A stretch of DNA of 64,000 nucleotides, taken from positions 12,403 through 76,402 of IMG/VR virus record IMGVR_UViG_3300027319_000002, one strand, 5' to 3'. The DNA comes from a virus. Under the pieces are notes generated by a model that made no database searches, had not been told where the DNA came from, and was given only the letters and a program-made list of their open reading frames with translations. This document shows positions 7,697-16,863 of the stretch, in pieces (positions within the stretch are counted from its first letter, which is position 1; every line of letters begins with the position of its first letter). The translations under genes were made by a program, and so were the position numbers.

Positions 7697-8767
7697 GTGT
7701 TGCGTCCTCGCTTACCTACGCTCGTGGTGGCCACCGTGGGCGTGATCGCCCCGGCGACGCTCCTCATCTCGGTGTCGGTCAACATCCGGCACCTGTACCA
7801 CCTTGGCGAGGAGATCGGATACGAATGGCTGGCGTGGACCATGCCTGTTGCCGTCGTGACCTATGAGATGGTCTCCTCGCTTGTCTACTTCATGAGCCCG
7901 CCGGAGTTCCGCGACATCCGCCGCTCCGCGCTCATCGGTGCCGTCCTCGGTTGGGTGGCCACCAACGCGCTTGGCGCCCTGTCGCAGGCACTGGAGGATC
8001 GGGCGATCTTCATCACCCTGACGTACAAGATCCTCCTCGTGCCGGTGCCGTCCGCGATCGCCGCGCTCTTCCTCCACATGCTCGCGCTCGTGGTGCGCGC
8101 CGTCCGTGCTGCCAAGGAGTGGCAGCACGCTGCCGCAGCAGCGGTCTCGCTCGCGGCAGCGGAGGCTGACAGCATCCCGGCGGCAGCACCGGAAGCGGCG
8201 GACAGTGGCAGCACCCCGGAAACGCTGCCGAAAGCGGCAGCGGTCTCGCTGGCGGCAGCGGAGAAACCGGCAGCAGCAGGCAACGGCAGCATCCCGGCGG
8301 CGCCGCAGACGGCAGCGGACAGTGGCAGCATCATCTCGGCAGCAGACGGCGGCAGCGTTTCGGTGGTAGCGGACAGTGGCAGCAGCACCCCGGCAGTATC
8401 CTCGGCCGCGGACAGTGGCAGCGCCGAGGAGCGGCAGCAGGACGGTGCGGCCGTGTTGCCGTTCGTGCAGGATCCGGCAGCGCGCCGGAGGCATCGGCAG
8501 CAGAGATCGAGCCTGCCGCGCGTGGCCGAGGAGCACGTGCAGAAGGTGCTGCCGTACCTGAGGGAGGTACAGAAGGACAACGGCGACATCTACGCCGTGC
8601 GGGCCACGGATGTGGAGCACCTCTTCTCTGAGGCGAGCATCCGCACGGTCCGGGCGGCGCTGCAGGTTGCCCGGCAGCGTCTTGAGGATGAGCGGCAGCG
8701 GGCTGCCGCCGAGGACAGTGGCAGCGCCGAGGAGCGGCAGCAGGACGGTGCGGCAGCAGTCGTGTAG
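7697..8767 (+). CDS. DUF2637/Spd-like polytopic membrane protein with Ala/Ser-rich repeat linker
   Basis: Four N-terminal TM helices, repeated AADSGS motifs, AGGAGG RBS; family assignment from recollection of actinomycete element proteins. Confidence 0.65.
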   Translation: MLRPRLPTLVVATVGVIAPATLLISVSVNIRHLYHLGEEIGYEWLAWTMPVAVVTYEMVSSLVYFMSPPEFRDIRRSALIGAVLGWVATNALGALSQALEDRAIFITLTYKILLVPVPSAIAALFLHMLALVVRAVRAAKEWQHAAAAAVSLAAAEADSIPAAAPEAADSGSTPETLPKAAAVSLAAAEKPAAAGNGSIPAAPQTAADSGSIISAADGGSVSVVADSGSSTPAVSSAADSGSAEERQQDGAAVLPFVQDPAARRRHRQQRSSLPRVAEEHVQKVLPYLREVQKDNGDIYAVRATDVEHLFSEASIRTVRAALQVARQRLEDERQRAAAEDSGSAEERQQDGAAAVV

Positions 8768-9008
8768 TAGATAGCGGCAAAGCGGGGCGGTAGCAAAGCG
8801 TCGCTGCCGCCCCTTCTTCATTGCCCGGCAGTATCTAGCGGCAGCGGTGGCAACACGCTCACCTATCGGTGTCGACGGCAGCACGGGGGGCAGCGGAAGC
8901 GTCGGGACAGTGGCAGCAGTGCGGCAGCAACGTTGCTTGCTGCCACGGCAACAGGCTTGTGTTCGACTTGCAAGTCGTACGCATATTCAGTACCGTGTAG
9001 GTGGCAGC
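8119..9008 (+). repeat. oriented GGCAGC (often GYGGCAGC) motif array, including a 42-bp direct repeat
   Basis: Roughly 30 copies by eye, almost all on the + strand; exact repeat 8410-8451 = 8713-8754. Confidence 0.8.
8964..8996 (+). promoter_or_regulatory. promoter with palindromic operator over the -35
   Basis: CGACTTGCAAGTCG perfect palindrome; TTGCAA-N17-TACCGT. Confidence 0.55.
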
Positions 9009-9034
9009 AAGACACGTGGTAAGGAGAAGTCAAG

Positions 9035-9313
9035 ATGGCCTTGATCGAGCAGGTGCAGCGGAAGACGTACTTCGAGTGCCAGATCGTTGAGGGACGCAAC
9101 CCGAAGAGGCTTGTCGTCAACGAGATCGGGTACCGGGGCCACACGGCTCTCGAGATCCGCACCAAGGTGTGGGCAGTTGACGACGACGGCAACCCTGGCT
9201 GGCGCTATAGCCATGGGATGTTCATTCCCGCAGAGTTGGTACCTGAGATCAGGAAGGCATTGGAGGCGTTCGAGAAGGACCACGGCCTGACGAGTGGGGG
9301 GGTGGAGAACTGA
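9035..9313 (+). CDS. putative PC4-like ssDNA-binding protein
   Basis: LEIR...DDDG..W...GMFIPAELVPEIRKAL resembles the PC4/YdbC pattern; AGGAG RBS. Confidence 0.45.
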   Translation: MALIEQVQRKTYFECQIVEGRNPKRLVVNEIGYRGHTALEIRTKVWAVDDDGNPGWRYSHGMFIPAELVPEIRKALEAFEKDHGLTSGGVEN

Positions 9314-9633
9314 TGTCCAAGCCGCGTGTGCCGAAGAAGAAGCCCACGACGGTGTACCCGATCCACTGCTCGTCCTGTGGGACCTATCTCTTCGATGTCC
9401 ACGATGAACCGGGTCGCGTCCGCGCTTTCTGCCCGTCGTTGGACGACCCGTGGTGCGCGGTCACCGCGGAACGGTTCTATCCGAACGATCGCGATAACGA
9501 ATGGATCGTGTTCGCGCTCGAGGTTCTCAAGGTGAGTCTTACTGAGTTCGCCAACGACTTCGGTCTGACGCGCCATCAGGCAAACGCGGTCCGGCAGAAC
9601 TACAACCGGCGGGTGATCGCCGCCCTGCAGTGA
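9313..9633 (+). CDS. zinc-ribbon plus HTH-like DNA-binding protein (possible small terminase or late regulator)
   Basis: HCSSCGTYL motif; SLTEFANDFGLTRHQANAV HTH-like; immediately upstream of terL. Confidence 0.55.
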   Translation: MSKPRVPKKKPTTVYPIHCSSCGTYLFDVHDEPGRVRAFCPSLDDPWCAVTAERFYPNDRDNEWIVFALEVLKVSLTEFANDFGLTRHQANAVRQNYNRRVIAALQ

Positions 9634-9645
9634 GCGCCAGCAATA

Positions 9646-9679
9646 GAAGGCCCGCATTATAAAGTAGCGGGTCTTTTTT
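9646..9679 (+). terminator. intrinsic terminator
   Basis: GAAGGCCCGC...GCGGGTCTTTTTT. Confidence 0.65.
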
Positions 9680-9712
9680 CATACCCTCGAATTGGTGGAT
9701 TCGGGGGTACGG

Positions 9713-11293
9713 ATGACGGACGAGAACATCGATTACGACGAGAACACCCAACTGACAGCTGAGGCCATCGACGGAGATTCTGCTATCGACGAGCTGGAAA
9801 TCCGGCTCGACGAGGTCACCAAGAAGACGGTCGACATGATCGTCGACAAGCTATTAATCGTCGTCGACGAGCTTTCCGGCCACCCGCTTTATCCCTACCA
9901 GAGGCCATTTGCGCGCCGGATCATCGAGTCCCTGGTTCTTGGTGACGGCGCGACGCTGACGGCACTATTCAGCCGTCAGGCGGGTAAGTCCGAGACAGTG
10001 GCCAACACCGTGGCCGCCTGCATGATTATGCTGCCTGCCCTGGCCAAGGTCTTCCCCTACCTGCTCGGCAAGTACAAGGAAGGGCTCTGGGTCGGCGCCT
10101 TCGCCCCCGTGGATGATCAGGCCGATAACCTGTATGGCCGTATCGTCTCCAGATTGACCTCTGAGCGGGCTCTAGAGCTTATGCAGGATCCTGATATCCA
10201 GGATGGGGTAAGGGCCCGCGGAAGGACGCTCACGCTTCATTCTGGGTCCCTTGTACGGCGCCAGACCTGTCACCCCCGGGCGATCATCGAGGGCCGGACC
10301 TATCACCTGATACTCATCGACGAGTGCCAGGGCGCCGACGACCGGATGGTTACCAAGTCCATCATCCCGATGGGCGCGGCGACCAACGCCACCTACGTCT
10401 TCACCGGAACGCCGACCTACACCAAGAACATCTTCTACCGGCAGATCCAGAAGAACAAGCGCAATCAGGTCCGGCGCGGCAAGCGGCAGCTGCACTTTGA
10501 GGCCGACTACCGGGAGGCGTCCAAGGCCAACCCGCTCTACCGGCTGCACTGTGAGAAGCAGAAGGAGGTGCTCGGCGAGGACAGTGACGAGTTCAAGCTG
10601 AGCTACCGCCTGATGTGGCTGCTCGAGCAGGGAATGTTCACCACCAGCGAGCGTCTGAACGCGCTCGGCGACAAGAGCATGCAGACGGTGAAGGCCTGGT
10701 ACCGTTCGCCCGTCGTGGTCGGCATCGACCCGGCCCGCAAGCAGGATTCCACCGTGGTCACCGTGGTGTGGGTCGACTGGGACCACCCCGACGAATTCGG
10801 GCTCTACGAGCACCGCATCTTGAACTGGCTGGAGCTGGGCGGCGGCATGTCCTGGGAGACCCAGTACCACCGCATCGTCGAGTTCCTCAGCAACTACTAC
10901 ATCCACGCCATCGGCATCGACACCGGCGGCGTGGGGGACGCGGTCGCCGACCGGCTCAAGGTCCTGATGCCCAACACCGAGATCGTCGAGCTGGGCAGCC
11001 AGCGGCCGGACCAGTCCAAGCGGTGGAAGCACCTGTATCAGCTCATCGACCGCGGAAAGATCATCTGGCCAGCGCACGCCAAGACCCGCTCCACCAAGGT
11101 CTACGAACGGTTCATCCAGCAAATGAGCGACTTGGAGCTGGAATACGTCGGGCCCTACATGCTGGCCAAGGCGCCCAATGAGGCCCACGCTCACGACGAC
11201 TTCCCGGACAGCTTGTCGATGGCCTGTATCTTGACCTCCGAGGACTATCACATGAAGGAGGTCGAGCAGAGCATCTCTCCATTCTATTCCTGA
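9713..11293 (+). CDS. terL: terminase large subunit
   Basis: Walker A SRQAGKS, Walker B ILIDECQ, nuclease GIDPA...DST and HDDFPDS. Confidence 0.93.
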   Translation: MTDENIDYDENTQLTAEAIDGDSAIDELEIRLDEVTKKTVDMIVDKLLIVVDELSGHPLYPYQRPFARRIIESLVLGDGATLTALFSRQAGKSETVANTVAACMIMLPALAKVFPYLLGKYKEGLWVGAFAPVDDQADNLYGRIVSRLTSERALELMQDPDIQDGVRARGRTLTLHSGSLVRRQTCHPRAIIEGRTYHLILIDECQGADDRMVTKSIIPMGAATNATYVFTGTPTYTKNIFYRQIQKNKRNQVRRGKRQLHFEADYREASKANPLYRLHCEKQKEVLGEDSDEFKLSYRLMWLLEQGMFTTSERLNALGDKSMQTVKAWYRSPVVVGIDPARKQDSTVVTVVWVDWDHPDEFGLYEHRILNWLELGGGMSWETQYHRIVEFLSNYYIHAIGIDTGGVGDAVADRLKVLMPNTEIVELGSQRPDQSKRWKHLYQLIDRGKIIWPAHAKTRSTKVYERFIQQMSDLELEYVGPYMLAKAPNEAHAHDDFPDSLSMACILTSEDYHMKEVEQSISPFYS

Positions 11294-11342
11294 AGGCCGT
11301 TTGGCTTATCCTGGAATTGACCCCCGTTCAGGAGTGTGAAGG

Positions 11343-11768
11343 ATGGCCTACTCTCCCACGAATTCCTCCCCGCTCGCCCCGGCGCCGCAGTACCCGGAGC
11401 GCATTTCGCCGGTGTACGAGGCGAAAATCGCGCCGAACGCTCCTGGTGGTAGAGGCCCGCTGCGTTTCCAGGAGGGTCTGGGTACTGACAGCGATGTGCC
11501 GCGCGAGTTCACCACCGGCATCATGCAGGGCTACATGACCGCGCCCGGCCGCACCAACCGGAATGCCGCGGTGTGGATTAAGCGCCCAGAGGAGACTCTT
11601 CAAGAGCGTGCTCACCCCGGCTCTTCCTCCTGGGTCATGGCGCCGACTTTCCTTGGCGAGTTCGCCTATGGCGCCCAGAGCGGTAACCGCGGTATGCCGG
11701 TTTATGAGACTGTGGTCCGGTCCGGAGGGTACTACACCCGCATGAACCCGGCCTACATCGACGACTGA
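11343..11768 (+). CDS. probable virion protein between terminase and portal
   Basis: GAAGGA RBS, synteny, coding-like composition. Confidence 0.7.
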   Translation: MAYSPTNSSPLAPAPQYPERISPVYEAKIAPNAPGGRGPLRFQEGLGTDSDVPREFTTGIMQGYMTAPGRTNRNAAVWIKRPEETLQERAHPGSSSWVMAPTFLGEFAYGAQSGNRGMPVYETVVRSGGYYTRMNPAYIDD

Positions 11769-11770
11769 TG

Positions 11771-11840
11771 TGCTATACTGCAAAGCTCGGATGAGCTGAG
11801 TCGTTCAGAAGGCCCCGGCCAAGTGCCGGGGCCTTCTTTC
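11771..11840 (+). ncRNA. candidate ~55-nt small RNA (extended -10 promoter plus terminator)
   Basis: TGcTATACT at 11771-11779; 12-bp stem 11808-11836 plus TTTC; no ORF in between. Confidence 0.4.
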
Positions 11841-11958
11841 ATGGACAGCCCAACTCTGAGGGTCTGGCATTATCATTCCACAGCTCCACACATCTACCCT
11901 GAAATGTGTAATGCCGGATGCGTCCGCTGACGTTGGCATTGAGGGGAGGTGATAGAGG

Positions 11959-13720
11959 ATGAGCATCGCGTTCTATCCGCCCGCTCAGCGATACGCCGGG
12001 GCCGATCTCGCAGTTACGATCAGCCCGCTAGGCCTCGTTGAGCTGGCGGATGAATTACGCCTCATCACCTCCTGAAGAGTTTGAAGTCCACGGGCCACGG
12101 CTCAACCGGTATGCGGTCAACTGGGCCTTCTATTTAGGCCACCACTACGCCTATCGGCGAGAGCCGGGCGAGCCGCAGCTGACCTTCAATTACTGCCGTG
12201 CTCTGGTCGACTTCCTCATCAATTTCTGCTATGGGCGCGGTGTCACTTTCCAATCGGCTAAAGAATACTCCCATATCGTCCCGGCCCTTTTGAACCGGGT
12301 GTGGGAGATGGATAACAACAAGCAGCAGATCATCCGCGAAATCGCTCAGCAGGGCGGTGTGTCCGGCGACATGTTCGTGAAAGTCGCCTACGATCCCGCC
12401 TGGACCGATCCAGCTGGCAACTACCACCCCGGACGGGTGCGAATCCTGCCTCTGAACAGCGCATATGTCTTCCCGGAGTGGCATCCACACGACCGGGAGA
12501 GGATGATCCGCTGTAAGATCAAGTACAAATTCTGGTCGACCACCCTCGAGGGTACTCGCTCGGTATTTACCTATACCGAGATCCTCACCGATGACACCAT
12601 CGAGGAGTACCTCAACGACGACCTGATCGACCGGCGCCCCAACCCGTTGGGCACCATTCCCATCGCTCACGCGCCGAACATCTCCGTATCCGGTTCCCCG
12701 TGGGGCCTGGCCGACATTCACGACCTGATTCCGCTCAATAGGCAGTACAACGAGACTGCTACCGAGATCGCGGACATTATCAACTACCATGCCGCCCCGG
12801 TCACCATCATCACCGGCGCCAAGGCGTCCAACCTGGAAAAGGGCCCCCGGAAGGTCTGGGGAGGCTTGCCGAAGGACGCCCAGGTCTACAATCTCGAAAA
12901 CGGCGTCGATCTGACCGGGCCCCTGGCCTTCCTCCAGCTGCTCAAGCGGGCCATGCACGAGCTTGCCGGTGTGCCGGAAACGGCGCTGGGGCAGGTTCAG
13001 CCGATTTCCAACACCTCCGGCGTGGCCCTTTCCATCGAGTGGCTGCCTGCCACGAACAAGCGCGCGGCGAAGCTCATTAACATGTCCGCTCTGCTGCAGC
13101 GGGTGAATGAGCTTGCCCTGCGGACGCTGTTTCTCTATGAGCCCGAGGCTTTGCGGTACAACCCCGATACCGACGGGATCATCGAAGAGGGCCAGCCCCT
13201 GGAAATCGACCCCAGGGATCCTCTTGTGTACCGCACCGAGTGCGTCTGGCCGGATGCCCTTCCGACGGATGCGCTGGTCAAGCTTAACGAGATTCAGGCG
13301 AAGATGGCCCTCGGCCTCGAATCCAAGCGAGGCGCTCTCCGGGAACTCGGTGTTGAATTCCCGGACGAGAAGATGGAGGAGATCTTCCGCGAACTCGTTA
13401 AGGACGCAAAGGAGCAGGGTGCGCTTGACATTATCAATGCGTACATCTCTGCTGCCATAATGCAGTTGACAGGGATGAACCCGGACGGTTCACCCCCGGA
13501 TCAACCCAACGCAGCACGCCCGCAAGACAGTAGCACTAACTCGAATCCCGCGGGTCAAGAAGCGTCGAGCGACCGGAGCACTAAACCGCGTGCTAATCCC
13601 ATCAAGAACGAGCTGACGCAGATGCTCGGCGCGGAAGCAGACCAAATCGCAGCAGATTTGGTGACACAGGCGTTTGGCACGAAGTTGCCACAGCGCCGAA
13701 ATCCGGACGCCGACCTTTAA
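11959..13720 (+). CDS. portal protein, interrupted by a 22-nt coding gap (12055-12076)
   Basis: Perfect GGAGGTGAT SD and ATG 11959 (MSIAFYPP...LGLVELADE), stop at 12073; the portal-like frame resumes EFEVHGPRLNRY; position between terL and scaffold/capsid. Confidence 0.88.
12052..12079 (+). other. candidate translational bypass site (take-off GAA, A-site UUA, landing GAA, resume GAG)
   Basis: GAA(12052)-TTA(12055)...TGA(12073)/GAA(12074); a hop of 22 nt rejoins the frames. Confidence 0.65.
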
Positions 13721-13736
13721 CAGGAGATGTGACCCT

Positions 13737-14609
13737 GTGAAGACCCGTGATTTCAAGCCTGGTGACGTAATCGGTTACCTGCGCAGCGGCCGTCCGATCC
13801 GGCTGATCGGCGGTGGATCGGCGGACGCGCTTCCCGAGGGCTGGCAGAACCAGGTGACTGCCCCGGCCGCCCAGATCCCGGTGCAGGCTCCGGCTGACAT
13901 GCCACCCATGGCGTCTCCGGCTCCCCAGCCCACCACTGGACGCCTCTTCACCGAGGAGGACGTCGAGCGCTTCCGCCGTCAGGAGCGCGACAAGTATTAC
14001 CGGGAGCTGGAACGGTACAAGTCAGAAGTCAGTGAGCTGAGCAAGAAGCTTGCCGCGTGGGAGGAAGAGAGGGAGAAGGCGAGGCGCGAGGCTGAGGAGG
14101 CTGCTCGGCGCGCTGCCGAGAAGGAGATGAGTGCCAAAGAGCTGATCGAGGCTCGGCAGCGTGAGTGGGAGGAGCGTTTCCGCAAGCTGGAGCAGGAGCG
14201 TGAGGCCGAGCGGGCTGCTTTGGAGAAGGAGCGGCGGTTTGCCGCTCTCCAGGCTTACATCCAGCGGCGGGCCCGTGAGGAGCAGCTGAACGAGACCGTC
14301 GCGCCTGAGCTGATTCCCCTCATCACTGGTAATTCCGAGGACGAGGTCGAGGAGTGCATTCAGCGGCTCCGGCAGGCGACCGAGTCCATCACCCAGAACG
14401 TGCAGGCGGCTATGGCCAATCAGACCCCGCCTGCGCCCCCGCGCGGTGTAAGCCCGGCCGGTTACACCGCAACCGGGCCCATGGATGACTCGGCGCAGCA
14501 GCAGCTCACGCCGGAAGCAATCAAGAACATGTCCATGGCTGAGTACGCAAAGATTCGGCCTCTTCTCGGACTCGACGCTCAGCCCAGAAATCGCGGTCTC
14601 TTTGGCTGA
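13737..14609 (+). CDS. capsid scaffolding protein
   Basis: IGYLRSGRPIRLIGGG motif, long coiled coil, directly upstream of the capsid gene. Confidence 0.85.
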   Translation: MKTRDFKPGDVIGYLRSGRPIRLIGGGSADALPEGWQNQVTAPAAQIPVQAPADMPPMASPAPQPTTGRLFTEEDVERFRRQERDKYYRELERYKSEVSELSKKLAAWEEEREKARREAEEAARRAAEKEMSAKELIEARQREWEERFRKLEQEREAERAALEKERRFAALQAYIQRRAREEQLNETVAPELIPLITGNSEDEVEECIQRLRQATESITQNVQAAMANQTPPAPPRGVSPAGYTATGPMDDSAQQQLTPEAIKNMSMAEYAKIRPLLGLDAQPRNRGLFG

Positions 14610-14618
14610 GGTTGAGCA

Positions 14619-15641
14619 ATGGCTATTGGCCTTCCGCAGACCAGTGCAATCACTGGTACCCCCAATCTGACTACTGATGTTCCTGGCTCGCTGTACGCCT
14701 ACGGCAGCTCCCTTTCTCCTGCGATCCAGACCATCTGGAGCAAGGAGATCCTCTTCCAGGCGATGCCGATTCTCCGGTACGAGCAATTCGCCGTGAAGAA
14801 GACGGAGCTGGGCGTCCAGCCGGGTCTCACTATCAATTTCATGCGATACAACAACCTTCCGGACGCTTCTCAGCTGACGGAAGGTGTCCGAATGACGACC
14901 TACGCCCTGTCGGCCTCGCAGTTCTCGATTACTGTGGCCGAGCACGGAATGGCGGTTGCCGTTTCGGAGCTTCTCCTCAACGCGAGCTTTGATGACGTTC
15001 TCGCGTCGGCGTCCCGGCTGCTGGGCCGGAACATGGCGCTCTACCTGGATAAGTCGGCGAGAAACACCCTCCTGCAGGCCTCGAGCGTCCTTTACGGGTA
15101 CAACAAGTATTCGCTCACCGACCGTACGGCACTTTCGCCGTATGACCGTGGTCAGCCTGCTCAGACGCGCGCTCAGCTGACGGGTGAATACCACTTCACC
15201 ACCGCCCTCGTAAAGGATGCTGTTGAGACGCTCGCGTCCAAGAACGTGCCGCGGCTGGGTGAGACCTACGTCTGCTTCGTCCACCCGCATCAGTCTAGGC
15301 GGCTGCGGGATGACCCCGCCTGGATTGAAATGACCAAGTACGCCTCTCCGGGGAACTTCGCTCTCGGGGAAATCGGCAGGATCGACGACGTTGTCTTCAT
15401 CGAGACCACCCAGGTAAACGTCACTGTAAACGATCCGAATTTGCCGCCCGAGCAGCAGGCCCCGGTCTATCAGGCAAACATCATCGGCGACAACGCTTTC
15501 GGCCACGCGATTTCTCTTCCGGTCGAGCTTCGCGATGGCGGAGTGCTCGACCACGGAAGAGAACATTCGATCGCCTGGTACGCCATTTGGGGTCTCGGGA
15601 TTATCACTGACGCCTCGATTTGCACCCTTGAGACGAACTGA
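14619..15641 (+). CDS. major capsid protein
   Basis: HK97-type features (N4-gp56-like), YVCFVHPHQ and GEIGRIDDVVFIET motifs, synteny. Confidence 0.9.
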   Translation: MAIGLPQTSAITGTPNLTTDVPGSLYAYGSSLSPAIQTIWSKEILFQAMPILRYEQFAVKKTELGVQPGLTINFMRYNNLPDASQLTEGVRMTTYALSASQFSITVAEHGMAVAVSELLLNASFDDVLASASRLLGRNMALYLDKSARNTLLQASSVLYGYNKYSLTDRTALSPYDRGQPAQTRAQLTGEYHFTTALVKDAVETLASKNVPRLGETYVCFVHPHQSRRLRDDPAWIEMTKYASPGNFALGEIGRIDDVVFIETTQVNVTVNDPNLPPEQQAPVYQANIIGDNAFGHAISLPVELRDGGVLDHGREHSIAWYAIWGLGIITDASICTLETN

Positions 15642-15757
15642 TTTCCGAACCCCATAGACCGTACCACAGAAAGGGCCGGAGCGACGTGATGAATTGCATC
15701 AGGATTGCGTCGCTCCGGCCTGCTGGAAACAAACTCGACGGAGCTTTGGAGATTTAA

Positions 15758-16087
15758 GTGGCACGCAAGAGCCCCGCTGACTACACCGGGCGGCAGGCTG
15801 AGAAGCTTGCCGAAGATCGCAAGGACGAGCTGGACGCCCGAAAGGGCAAGATCACCACGGTCGCTCCGACTCCGGTCGCCCCGGATAATGCCTCCGAGGA
15901 CGACGACATCGTCTTTTCTTACAAGGTAGAGGCCAATGAGCCGATGGTCCGGATCCGTGTCAACACGGATCTGGAGCAGGTGACTATCGGCTATGGCAAC
16001 ACCTACAACTTCTACCGGGATCGCTGGTACAAAGTCCCGAAGCACGTTGCCGACCACCTCGAGCGACTCGGCTACGTCTACCACTAA
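15758..16087 (+). CDS. head-associated hypothetical protein
   Basis: Follows capsid gene; ends VPKHVADHLERLG. Confidence 0.7.
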   Translation: MARKSPADYTGRQAEKLAEDRKDELDARKGKITTVAPTPVAPDNASEDDDIVFSYKVEANEPMVRIRVNTDLEQVTIGYGNTYNFYRDRWYKVPKHVADHLERLGYVYH

Positions 16088-16105
16088 TCGTGCGAGGTGG
16101 TCACT

Positions 16106-16342
16106 ATGGACATTTCCGCTGGCAAGAAGTTTCAGCTGATCGACGATTTCGGTGTCGGCCCCGGAATGGTCCCTGCGGGCGCCGAGGTGACCGTGACAGG
16201 CGTCTACCCGCCCGGCACTCCTGGAATCGGCGCGATCGACGAGGAGATCGTGCTGGCCACCTACCGCAACAACCACAACGCGGACCAGGTCATCGCCCTC
16301 GGCGTCACCCAGTTCAAATCACTCGTTCGTGAGGTGTCGTAA
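16106..16342 (+). CDS. hypothetical virion protein
   Basis: GAGG RBS, TAATG overlap with next gene. Confidence 0.65.
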   Translation: MDISAGKKFQLIDDFGVGPGMVPAGAEVTVTGVYPPGTPGIGAIDEEIVLATYRNNHNADQVIALGVTQFKSLVREVS

Positions 16343-16761
16343 TGGCCGGTTACCCCACGGCTTCTTGCGCCCAGGATGTGCTGGACTACGCCACTGGCCG
16401 CGCGGTCCGGCACACTGCGCCGTTCCAGACGTACGTGGCGCTCCTCACCTCCCCGCCGCCGAGCAACGCCACCATCGCCCAGCTGTCAGAGGTAACTACC
16501 CCGGGGTATGCCCGCCAGCCCGCCACCTGGTCCCCGGCGACGGCGACCACGCCGAGCAGCACCTCCAACACCACCGTGATCACCTTCGGCCCAATGACCA
16601 GTGACATGGAGGCCGAGGCGACCTATGCGGCGCTGGTAACGGCCGCGGTCGGCACGGATGGAGAGGTCAGGCTTGTCTGGCAGCTTGACAGCGGGCAGCA
16701 GGCACTGGCCGGTCAGGCCCTGCAGTTCGGCATTGGCAAGCTGACCTTCACCACCCAGTAG
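16342..16761 (+). CDS. virion structural protein (fibre/decoration-like)
   Basis: YVALLT...EV..GYARQ...SNTTVITF pattern common in phage structural proteins. Confidence 0.7.
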   Translation: MAGYPTASCAQDVLDYATGRAVRHTAPFQTYVALLTSPPPSNATIAQLSEVTTPGYARQPATWSPATATTPSSTSNTTVITFGPMTSDMEAEATYAALVTAAVGTDGEVRLVWQLDSGQQALAGQALQFGIGKLTFTTQ

Positions 16762-16798
16762 GCCCACCGGCTCGCTACCGCCGGATGGTTGTAGGTAT

Positions 16799-16847
16799 AA
16801 AAAACGGAGCCCTGGACTGTGCGGCGTCGACCCGGTCCAGGGCTCCG
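16799..16847 (-). terminator. intrinsic terminator for the reverse-strand gene
   Basis: 13-bp stem CGGAGCCCTGGAC/GTCCAGGGCTCCG with an A tract on its left. Confidence 0.65.
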
Positions 16848-16863
16848 TCCATGCTGGAGCTGA

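Noticed and set aside
12038-12060. ORF-track start of the portal at 12038 (MSWRMNYASS)
   Set aside because: No SD there. The strong SD and portal-like N-terminus are at 11959 in another frame. ATG 12050 is kept only as an alternative hypothesis.
14022-15566. Long antisense ORFs (also 7712-8884, 10172-11251, 23687-25426, 27658-28860, 48417-49637, 50137-51786, 60834-62654)
   Set aside because: They mirror well-supported sense genes; stop-poor antisense frames are expected at high GC3. No RBS or motifs.
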